A stretch of 64,000 nt of DNA from Flavobacterium sp. (lineage in GTDB: Bacteria > Bacteroidota > Bacteroidia > Flavobacteriales > Flavobacteriaceae): contig JACMPO010000021.1 of NCBI GenBank assembly GCA_014377455.1, positions 1,903 to 65,902 of the forward strand, given 5' to 3'. Each line of letters begins with the position of its first letter. The stretch's first letter is position 1. Below the pieces are notes generated by a model. That model had not been told where the DNA came from. It searched no databases and worked only from the letters and a program-made list of their open reading frames with translations. Shown here piece by piece: positions 56,602-64,000 of the stretch. Position numbers and translations under genes: made by a program.

Positions 56602-57369
56602 TTATACTTTTCTTAAAATTAAAAAAACAGTTAATCCAAATCCTAAAATTGAAAATATAGACACTACATTTGAACTGATGGCTGTAGAATCGATTTTAGA
56701 TTTCTTAGGTTCTACATAAATTACATCATTTTGATCTACATAATAAAATGGAGAGTTTACAAAATCGGCTTTTGTAATATCTACTCGATTATAAGTTTTT
56801 ATCCCTTGAAAATCTCTTATTACTAAAATATTATTCCGTTTGCCATATAAAGTCAAATCGCCACTTTGGGCAATAGCTTCAAGCATTGTAAATCGCTCAC
56901 TATTAACATTTATTACTCCAGGCTTAGTAACCTCACCTAAAACGGAAACTTTAAAGTTCATTATTCTAATGTTTATCACTGGCTCTTTAACAAAATAAAG
57001 TGCCAATTTTTGTTTCAATAATTTTTTTAAGTTATTGACAGAATAACCAGCAACATCAATTGAACCTAGTGTAGGAAAATCAATTTTACCAAAATTATCC
57101 ACTAAATAAGTTTGTTTTTGGATAGCAAAACTATTATTTGCAGCACCAGATGTGGCTTGATTTTCTAAATTAAATGGCTCGGAAGCAATAGGTTCATCAG
57201 ATGAAATGTTGATATACAACATATCGTCATTTTGTATCAAAGGCTCATAATTTGAAGATGGATTATCAAAGTTTTGATTTCCTTGAAAATATATAATACT
57301 TTTCTTTGGGACACAAGAAGATAAAATAAAAATAAAAATTATATAAATATATACTTGGGAATTTTTCAT
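56602..57369 (-). CDS. wza: Polysaccharide export lipoprotein (OPX/Wza family)
   Basis: Lipobox LSSC; YLVDNFG.IDFP.LG; VLGEV.KPG; LEAIA.SGDLT..GKR; QNDVIYV. Confidence 0.92.
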   Translation of the reverse strand: MKNSQVYIYIIFIFILSSCVPKKSIIYFQGNQNFDNPSSNYEPLIQNDDMLYINISSDEPIASEPFNLENQATSGAANNSFAIQKQTYLVDNFGKIDFPTLGSIDVAGYSVNNLKKLLKQKLALYFVKEPVINIRIMNFKVSVLGEVTKPGVINVNSERFTMLEAIAQSGDLTLYGKRNNILVIRDFQGIKTYNRVDITKADFVNSPFYYVDQNDVIYVEPKKSKIDSTAISSNVVSIFSILGFGLTVFLILRKV

Positions 57370-57397
57370 AAAATTGTTACATATCTTTAAGAAGGGG

Positions 57398-57405
57398 CAA
57401 ATATA
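57398..57405 (-). promoter_or_regulatory. -7 element TATATTTG for wza-wzc
   Basis: CAAATATA on + strand in the 59-bp gap. Confidence 0.55.
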
Positions 57406-57428
57406 TCAAAAGTGTTTTAAATATTGAC

Positions 57429-59426
57429 CTATTTAGTGTAAACATAATATTCTTTAACTTCTATATCCAATGTTTGAAATTCTGAATTTAAACTTTTAAA
57501 TTCTGGAACTAGCCATTTCATTTTGGATACTATTTGATCATTATTACCCTCATTAGAAAGATGTACAAGAGCATTTATTGAATCTAAAATTACTTCAAAT
57601 TTCTCGTTTTTTTCCTCTGCAATCATTATTTTTTCATGATGGGTAGCTAAATTTTTAGCTGAATCATTTAACAACTCCTCGTAGAGTTTCTCACCTGGAC
57701 GCAAGCCTACTATTTTAATTTTTATATCCTTATCGGGAGTAAATCCTGCCAGTCGAATCATCTTTTTTGCTAAATCAATAATTCTTACTGGTTTTCCCAT
57801 ATCAAAAATATAAATCTCACCACCATTCCCCATAGAACAAGCTTCTAAAACGAGTTGACATGCCTCTGGGATGGTCATAAAATATCTAATAATCTCCGGG
57901 TGCGTTATAGTTATTGGTCCGCCTTCTTGGATTTGTTTTGTGAAAAGTGGCACAACAGAACCGTTAGATCCTAAAACATTCCCAAAGCGTGTAGTAATAA
58001 ACTTAGTATACTGATTTGGATTTAAGGTTTTGTTTTTATAATGTTTTGATTGAACATACATTTCAGCTATTCGCTTGCTTGCACCCATAACACTACTTGG
58101 GTTCACAGCCTTATCGGTTGAAATCATTAAAAAGCGTTCTACTTCATATTTTTGAGATAAATCGGCAACATTTTTAGTTCCTAAAACATTGGTAAAAATC
58201 GCTTGACTAGGATTTTCTTCCATCATTGGAACATGCTTATAAGCTGCAGCATGATACACTACATTTGGCTTATGCAATTCAAATATTTTTTCTAAAATTT
58301 CAAAATTTCTAATATCCGCAATAACGTTTTTAACAGTTACTGTATTATCCATTTGTAAAATTTCTAGTGATAATGTATGCAAAGGAGTCTCTGCTTGATC
58401 TAAGATGATAATTTTTTTTGGCGAAAAATTTATTACTTGTCTTACAATTTCACTTCCTATAGATCCAGCGGCGCCAGTAACTAAAATGGTTTTACCTTTT
58501 AATTTAGTTGAAATAGAATTTGTATCTAAAACAATTGGTTTTCGTTCTAATAAATCATGAATTTCAAAATTTTTGATGTTTTTTGAAATTTCTTTTTGAT
58601 CATCCCAATCAGATACAACAGGAATAGTAAAAACTTTAAACCCATAATCTATACATTCATCGACTATAGCTAATCGTTCATCTTTTGTTAAACTATTATC
58701 AGCTATTATCAAAGCCTCTGCTTTAAGGCTTCTCATTAGAACAGCAATACTTTTCTTTGAATGTAGAATGGGTAAATTCAATATTCGTTTAGTAGTATTT
58801 TGATTATTTTTATCGATAAACGCCAGCAATTTAAATCTTCGTGGATTTTCAGCAAGTAATGCATTTGCTACTGCTGTTGCATTTGCGTCAGATCCATAAA
58901 TAATTGCATTTGTTTTTTTTATCAAATTTGAATCGCCAAAAAATTTCTCGAAAGATTGTTTGACAATTATTCTATAAAAAAACAAAAAACTAAACGAAAG
59001 TATTGTATTTATAAATGCTCCTGTAGTCATATAAATTTTTTGTTTATCTAAGATAATTACAATAAAATTTAGTACTATAAGAACTACAAATGTTGAAAAT
59101 TGAGAAAAAAAAAGTTTTAAAGCATCTATGTAAGAAGAGTGTCTTATTATCCCTGAATAAGTTCTGTACAACCAAAAAAAGAAAACATTTATTGATAAAT
59201 AAAATACAACACCAAAAGCAATATGCTCTTTAGGTATGTATTGAAGTTTTAAACCTTGAAACAACAAATATGTGATAATACCTGAGACAACGATGATTAC
59301 CATATCAAAAAATAATATCAACCATCGAGGCAGATAACCTAGATTCTTAAGATTAAAACCTAAGCTAATTTCAGAAAACACGTTGCCTAGTTCTGACTTT
59401 AAATTTCTTTTTTGATTTGGATTCAA
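57429..59426 (-). CDS. Membrane-bound UDP-GlcNAc 4,6-dehydratase (PglF/WbpM/CapD family)
   Basis: N-terminal TMs; TGAAGSIG; HAAAYKHVP; STDKAV; MGASK (Met replaces Tyr); RFGNV; GEKLYEE. TTG start. Confidence 0.93.
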   Translation of the reverse strand: MNPNQKRNLKSELGNVFSEISLGFNLKNLGYLPRWLILFFDMVIIVVSGIITYLLFQGLKLQYIPKEHIAFGVVFYLSINVFFFWLYRTYSGIIRHSSYIDALKLFFSQFSTFVVLIVLNFIVIILDKQKIYMTTGAFINTILSFSFLFFYRIIVKQSFEKFFGDSNLIKKTNAIIYGSDANATAVANALLAENPRRFKLLAFIDKNNQNTTKRILNLPILHSKKSIAVLMRSLKAEALIIADNSLTKDERLAIVDECIDYGFKVFTIPVVSDWDDQKEISKNIKNFEIHDLLERKPIVLDTNSISTKLKGKTILVTGAAGSIGSEIVRQVINFSPKKIIILDQAETPLHTLSLEILQMDNTVTVKNVIADIRNFEILEKIFELHKPNVVYHAAAYKHVPMMEENPSQAIFTNVLGTKNVADLSQKYEVERFLMISTDKAVNPSSVMGASKRIAEMYVQSKHYKNKTLNPNQYTKFITTRFGNVLGSNGSVVPLFTKQIQEGGPITITHPEIIRYFMTIPEACQLVLEACSMGNGGEIYIFDMGKPVRIIDLAKKMIRLAGFTPDKDIKIKIVGLRPGEKLYEELLNDSAKNLATHHEKIMIAEEKNEKFEVILDSINALVHLSNEGNNDQIVSKMKWLVPEFKSLNSEFQTLDIEVKEYYVYTK

Positions 59427-59480
59427 TTTTAATTTAATTAATTAAGTAAAGTTAGTTTAAAAAAAGTTGTTAAAAAAAGC

Positions 59481-60614
59481 TTAAAATAAATTTATTTGAT
59501 TTTCAATTCGAAGTTTTTCAGTTTCAGTCAAATTTGAGCCTGATGGTAAGCATAAGCCATCTTCAAATAATTGACTAGAAATAGTTCCTCCATAATATGG
59601 GGCATCTTTAAAAATGGGTTGTAAATGCATTGGTTTCCATAGTGGACGACTTTCTATATTTTCTTTTTCGAGAAATAATCTTAAATCTTCACGGGTTTTA
59701 CCATTATTTTTAGTCGGATTTACAGTTATTGCCGTTAACCAATGATTGGAAAAAAAATCAGCATTAGGTTCTGAAAATACATCTATTCCTTCAAATTTTT
59801 TAAATAGATTCATATAAAAATCATGCATTCCTCTTCGTTTTACAACATGATCATCCAAAACCTCCATTTGTCCACGTCCTATTCCTGCGCAAATATTACT
59901 CATTCGGTAATTATACCCAATTTCGCTATGCTGATAATGTGGCGCATTATCGCGTGCTTGGGTTGCTAAAAATATAGCTTTATTTTTAAGTTCAAGTGAT
60001 TTTGTAACAATAGCTCCACCACCAGATGTTGTAATAATTTTGTTTCCATTAAATGACAAAACCCCAATATCTCCAAAAGTACCACATTTTTGCCCTTTGT
60101 AATGACTGCCAAGTGCTTCGGCACTGTCTTCCAAAATTGGAATTTCATATTTTGTAGCAATGCTTTTTATTTCGTCTACTTTAAATGGCATTCCATATAG
60201 ATGCACAGCAATAATGGCTTTGGGCTTCTTATTTTTTACAATGCAATTTTTAATAGCGTCTTCAAGAGCATTAGGGCACATATTCCAAGTTTCTTTTTCA
60301 CTATCTACAAAAACTGGTATAGCTCCTTGGTAAACTATTGGGTTTGCCGATGCTGAAAAAGTCATGCTTTGGCAAATAACATAATCGCCAGCTTTAACAT
60401 CGAGTAAAACCAATCCTAAATGAATCCCTGCAGTTCCAGAACTTAAAGCACTTACATGAGAACTTTGACCAATATATTGCTCTAAATCTTGTTCAAAACC
60501 AGTAACATTTGGTCCCAACGGTGCCACCCAGTTAGACTCAAACGCTTCATTTATAAACTTCTGTTCGTTTCCTCCCATGTGTGGTGAGGATAACCAAATT
60601 TTTGGATTATTCAT
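59481..60614 (-). CDS. DegT/DnrJ sugar aminotransferase (PglE-like)
   Basis: IWLSSPHMGG; VHLYG; EDSAEALG; SFNGNKIITTSGGG; GYNYRMSN; RPLWKPMH. Confidence 0.93.
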   Translation of the reverse strand: MNNPKIWLSSPHMGGNEQKFINEAFESNWVAPLGPNVTGFEQDLEQYIGQSSHVSALSSGTAGIHLGLVLLDVKAGDYVICQSMTFSASANPIVYQGAIPVFVDSEKETWNMCPNALEDAIKNCIVKNKKPKAIIAVHLYGMPFKVDEIKSIATKYEIPILEDSAEALGSHYKGQKCGTFGDIGVLSFNGNKIITTSGGGAIVTKSLELKNKAIFLATQARDNAPHYQHSEIGYNYRMSNICAGIGRGQMEVLDDHVVKRRGMHDFYMNLFKKFEGIDVFSEPNADFFSNHWLTAITVNPTKNNGKTREDLRLFLEKENIESRPLWKPMHLQPIFKDAPYYGGTISSQLFEDGLCLPSGSNLTETEKLRIENQINLF

Positions 60615-61227
60615 CTTTTGGATTGTATTTTATTATTTTTCCAGGATTACCAACAACAACTGCATAATCTGGAACATCTCTTATAATCACTGCTCCTGCT
60701 CCTATTGTTGTCCATTTTCCAATTTTAATTCCTTGAATTACAGTAGCGCCAATTCCAATGTGAGAACCTTCTCCAATACTAACATTGCCAGCCAATGAAA
60801 CACCAGGTGAAATATGAGCAAAATTATCAATAAAACAGTCATGTTCTAAAATTGCTCCTGTATTAATGATGCAGTGATTTCCAATTTTCACCTCAGGATT
60901 TATTATTGCTCCAGCCATAACTACAGTTCCATTTCCAATTTCAGAACATTCAGAAATTACTGTGGCTGGATGAATTGCCATTGCATAATTAACCTTATAT
61001 TTTGAAGCTATTTTTTTTCGAACTTTATTATTTCCAATAGAAATTATAACATTATCAAACAAAACAAAATTAAAATCACTGGTTTTGACAATTTCTATTC
61101 CAAGTAAACTTTTTGTTTTTGGATTGTCATCAATAATAGTTTGAATAGCTATATTGCTAGTTTGCAATGCATCTACAATAACTTTTGCATGCCCACTTGC
61201 TCCGTATAAAATTATTTTATTTTCCAT
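60607..61227 (-). CDS. PglD/NeuD-type sugar N-acetyltransferase
   Basis: LYGASGHAKV; IGNN..R; IHP; NTGA.LEHDC; hexapeptide repeats; GNPG. Confidence 0.92.
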   Translation of the reverse strand: MENKIILYGASGHAKVIVDALQTSNIAIQTIIDDNPKTKSLLGIEIVKTSDFNFVLFDNVIISIGNNKVRKKIASKYKVNYAMAIHPATVISECSEIGNGTVVMAGAIINPEVKIGNHCIINTGAILEHDCFIDNFAHISPGVSLAGNVSIGEGSHIGIGATVIQGIKIGKWTTIGAGAVIIRDVPDYAVVVGNPGKIIKYNPKDE

Positions 61228-61819
61228 TAAAAGGTTCTATTGTAGCTTCATTTGCAGCTGATATTCCATCACTTTTGATCACTTTTAAAATTGTTTTAAA
61301 AAATATTTTTACATCTAAAGCAAATGAAATCGTATCGACATACTGAACATCAAATTTAAATTTTTCGTCCCATGAAATGGCATTCCTTCCATTAACTTGA
61401 GCTAAACCTGTAATTCCTGGTTTTACTTCATGTCGTCTATTTTGAAAATCTGAGTATAAATGAACATAATGTGTTAGCAATGGTCTTGGACCGATCAAAC
61501 TCATATCTCCTTTTAAAACGTTCCATAATTGAGGCATTTCGTCCAACGAAGTTTTTCTAACAAAAGTTCCAATTTTTGTTAATCGAGCTGCATCCGAAAG
61601 TAAATTTCCAGAAGCGTCTTTTTTATCATTCATTGTTTTAAACTTCACTATTTTAAAAACTTTTAGGTTTTTTCCTGGTCGTAATTGAACAAAAAAAGGT
61701 TTCCCATTATTAGCAATACTTAGCATAATGGTTACTAAAGTAAAAATTGGTGACAATAAAATTAGTCCTATTAAACTGGCAAAAAAATCGGCAACTGGTT
61801 TAAAAAAAATCTTATACAT
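61217..61819 (-). CDS. Monotopic phosphoglycosyl transferase (PglC-like)
   Basis: KFKTM; RKTSLDEMPQLWNVLKGDMSLIGPRP; RHEVKPGITG. Confidence 0.93.
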   Translation of the reverse strand: MYKIFFKPVADFFASLIGLILLSPIFTLVTIMLSIANNGKPFFVQLRPGKNLKVFKIVKFKTMNDKKDASGNLLSDAARLTKIGTFVRKTSLDEMPQLWNVLKGDMSLIGPRPLLTHYVHLYSDFQNRRHEVKPGITGLAQVNGRNAISWDEKFKFDVQYVDTISFALDVKIFFKTILKVIKSDGISAANEATIEPFNGK

Positions 61820-62963
61820 GTACTAACAATCTTTCATATTCTTCTTCTAATGCACTCCAAACTATGCCTTGACTATAACGTGAAACCACGCTTTGACGGG
61901 CATTTAGCTGTAACGAATTATATAAATTCTTATTCAGAAAAAGAGTTTTCATAGCATCAAAAATAGCATTTTCATTTTTAACAGGGATAATAATTCCGTT
62001 ATGTTTATCTGTAATTATTTCGTTACATCCATTTATATCGCTCACAATGCAGGGTAAATTCATAGCACAAGCTTGAATCACAACATTTGGAAATCCCTCG
62101 CGATAACTGGGAAACGTGAGGCAATTTGCAATGGCAAGATAAGGGCGAATGTCATTTTGATAGCCAACATCGATGATGGTATCGTTATTTCGGATTTCGT
62201 GAAGCGTTTCTTTATTTATAGGATCCAACTCCATTTCTAAATTCCCAACTAGTAGTAATTTGGTGTTGTGATATGCCGATTGAAACGATTTAAATGCTAA
62301 AACTAATTCGTTAATTCCCTTATCACTAACTATTCTGCCTACAAAAATAAATACGAAATCATCGTTTTCAATTTTCAATGATTGTTTTAAAGTTAAATTC
62401 TGATTTTCATTAAAACAGTTGCTGTCAAAATAGTTAAAATCTACACCGTTCACATTACCAAAAGCAAGAACTTGGAGTGGTTTATTGGTGATTTTATATT
62501 GAATTAAATCGTTTTTAACGCCTTGACCTTCTGGATAAACATGCGTTGCAAAACGACACAACATTTTATCCATCACAATTAATATTTGTTTTAAAAATCC
62601 AGTTTTAGATGGAAAAATCAAACCAGTAAAAGTGTGCATTCTGACAGGAACTTTTGCAAAATAACCAGCAATCATTGATAACAATCCTGCTTTTGGGGTT
62701 ATAGAATGTATTAGAGATGGTTTTTCTTTTTTTAATAATCGATATAATTTTAGTAGCGAAATAAAATCTTTTAAGGGTGAAATTTGTCTCTGAAAAGGAA
62801 GGTCTACTGTGCGTACTTTTTCTCTAATATGTACTTCTTTCAAACTTTTATCGTTACCAGAAACTGCAATTATTTCATATTTCTGATTCAAAAAATACAG
62901 TTGTCCTTTGAGCAAAACATCTAGCGAAAGAGCAACTGTAGCTGTACGAATTATTTTTTTCAT
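61812..62963 (-). CDS. Glycosyltransferase family 4 (PglA/WbpZ-like)
   Basis: HSITPKAG; HTFTG; GRIVSDKGI; PSYREGFPNV..QA.A. Confidence 0.92.
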   Translation of the reverse strand: MKKIIRTATVALSLDVLLKGQLYFLNQKYEIIAVSGNDKSLKEVHIREKVRTVDLPFQRQISPLKDFISLLKLYRLLKKEKPSLIHSITPKAGLLSMIAGYFAKVPVRMHTFTGLIFPSKTGFLKQILIVMDKMLCRFATHVYPEGQGVKNDLIQYKITNKPLQVLAFGNVNGVDFNYFDSNCFNENQNLTLKQSLKIENDDFVFIFVGRIVSDKGINELVLAFKSFQSAYHNTKLLLVGNLEMELDPINKETLHEIRNNDTIIDVGYQNDIRPYLAIANCLTFPSYREGFPNVVIQACAMNLPCIVSDINGCNEIITDKHNGIIIPVKNENAIFDAMKTLFLNKNLYNSLQLNARQSVVSRYSQGIVWSALEEEYERLLVHV

Positions 62964-62984
62964 GAGAGAAAGCTAAATCTATTT

Positions 62985-62992
62985 CAAATATA
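62985..62992 (-). promoter_or_regulatory. -7 element TATATTTG for the pgl-like block
   Basis: CAAATATA on + strand, 21 nt before ATG 62963. Confidence 0.55.
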
Positions 62993-63053
62993 GAAATAAT
63001 GAACAATGAAATGTCCTATTTGCAAACAAAATATGTTTAAATATACTAAAATT

Positions 63054-63998
63054 TTAAATTGATTTTTTCATAAACTCAACCAACAAATGTGCTGATTTTT
63101 CCCAAGAAAGCTCAGTTTCGGAATATTTTAAGGCATTTTTTCCCAATTCAAAAATTAAATTATCTGATTTATATAATTTTAAAATTGCACTCGCAATATC
63201 CTCTGAATCTGGCTCAACTAAAATTCCTACGTGCTCTGGAACCTGTTCTGCTAATGCGCCAACATTGGTCGCAACAACTGTTTTTTCACAACCATATGCT
63301 AACGGAATTATTCCTGACTGACTTGCATCAATATAAGGAAGCACCACAAAATCGCATTTTAAAATTAAATCGCTAATAATATCTTCAGTTAACCACTGAT
63401 TAATAATTTGTAAATTTTGTTGGTTTTCAGCAATTTGTTTTTGATAGGGATTTAAATCACCTTGTCCAGCAATTACTAACTTTAAATTAGGTAACTCTTT
63501 TTTTACAATAGTAAAAGCATCCAAAAGCAAGCCAATTCCTTTATACTTTTCAATCCTGCCAATAAACAAAATTGAATTTTTTAAAAATTTGGAACTATCA
63601 GTATTTTGTTTTTTATAATATCCGAAACTCGCATGCGGAATTACAGCAATATCATTTTTTTTGAAACCAAGTTTTTGAGCATTTGGAATGTCTTTATTAT
63701 TTAAAATAATGAGTTTATCAGACAGTTTTATACTTAAATAATACAAAGGATACAAAATTTTGCTTTCGCCAACATGCGTTTTAAGATCGTGAATAGTGGA
63801 AAATATAATGTATTTTCTTAAAAATAAATATAAAACTGGACTCCAAAGGTGCACAAACGAAGCATAAATTCCATCTGGATTAAATTGCTTTATTTGCATA
63901 ATGATGTGATAATAATTTTTATAATTTAAAGAATTTAAAGTAAAACTTTTTTTATCAGTATATGTTTTGAAATACTGGAGGCTTACATTTTTATAATT
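63054..63998 (-). CDS. Glycosyltransferase family 4, 5'-truncated by the window edge
   Basis: FIGRIEKYKG; LPYIDASQSG..PLAY. I read the frame open from 63899 up to 63998 with no stop, so the true start is outside the window. Confidence 0.88.
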   Translation of the reverse strand, partial: NYKNVSLQYFKTYTDKKSFTLNSLNYKNYYHIIMQIKQFNPDGIYASFVHLWSPVLYLFLRKYIIFSTIHDLKTHVGESKILYPLYYLSIKLSDKLIILNNKDIPNAQKLGFKKNDIAVIPHASFGYYKKQNTDSSKFLKNSILFIGRIEKYKGIGLLLDAFTIVKKELPNLKLVIAGQGDLNPYQKQIAENQQNLQIINQWLTEDIISDLILKCDFVVLPYIDASQSGIIPLAYGCEKTVVATNVGALAEQVPEHVGILVEPDSEDIASAILKLYKSDNLIFELGKNALKYSETELSWEKSAHLLVEFMKKSI

Positions 63999-64000
63999 AC

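Noticed and set aside
59457-59482. Tandem TTAAAAAAAGTTG / TTAAAAAAAGCTT repeat upstream of the pglF-like gene
   Set aside because: Two A-tract units are expected by chance in DNA this AT-rich.
27140-63376. Short + strand or alternate-frame ORFs within the glycan genes (e.g. 27140, 43011, 55408, 60577, 63089)
   Set aside because: They overlap well-supported genes and carry no motifs.
1-64000. rRNA, tRNA, CRISPR array, IS/transposase, integrase, prophage or riboswitch
   Set aside because: Intergenic gaps are short (under ~160 bp) and AT-rich, with no repeat-spacer pattern or cloverleaf-like GC stems, and no ORF has mobile-element motifs. An Infernal/Rfam scan would be needed to exclude small RNAs.

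Overview
AT-rich bacterial DNA of Flavobacterium type (Bacteroidota), judged from T9SS C-terminal domains, TAnnTTTG -7 promoter boxes and family content. Bases ~1-24,500 hold housekeeping and accessory genes: prfC, a 70-aa PID-CTERM-like microprotein, a lysozyme-like protein, DPP IV, a DUF1800/DUF1501 operon, alkB, two DUF2805 paralogs, an M61 peptidase, a TMTC-like GT-C/TPR membrane protein, pepD, a T9SS/PKD cargo protein and ndh. Bases ~24,500-64,000 are one large surface-glycan region, almost all on the minus strand and running off the right edge. It has three parts: (i) a Wzm/Wzt ABC-export cluster with many GT2/GT4 genes, Neisseria-type neuA/neuB/neuC, three methyltransferases, an exostosin-like GT, deacetylase-like and acyltransferase genes, an O-antigen-ligase-like protein and a WcaJ-like initiator; (ii) wza-wzc with a convergent PHP phosphatase, Wzc ending in a (Tyr-Gly)x10 tail; (iii) a pglF-E-D-C-A-like bacillosamine block. 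I saw no rRNA, tRNA, CRISPR array or mobile element. Best leads: complete sialic-acid synthesis with no recognisable sialyltransferase (orphan candidate 37884-39281), the monocistronic sorted micropeptide, a shared ECF-sigma-like promoter motif ahead of three envelope operons, and the EF-hand/Arg-rich + DUF1800 + DUF1501 operon. All family calls come from motif recognition by eye, not database searches.
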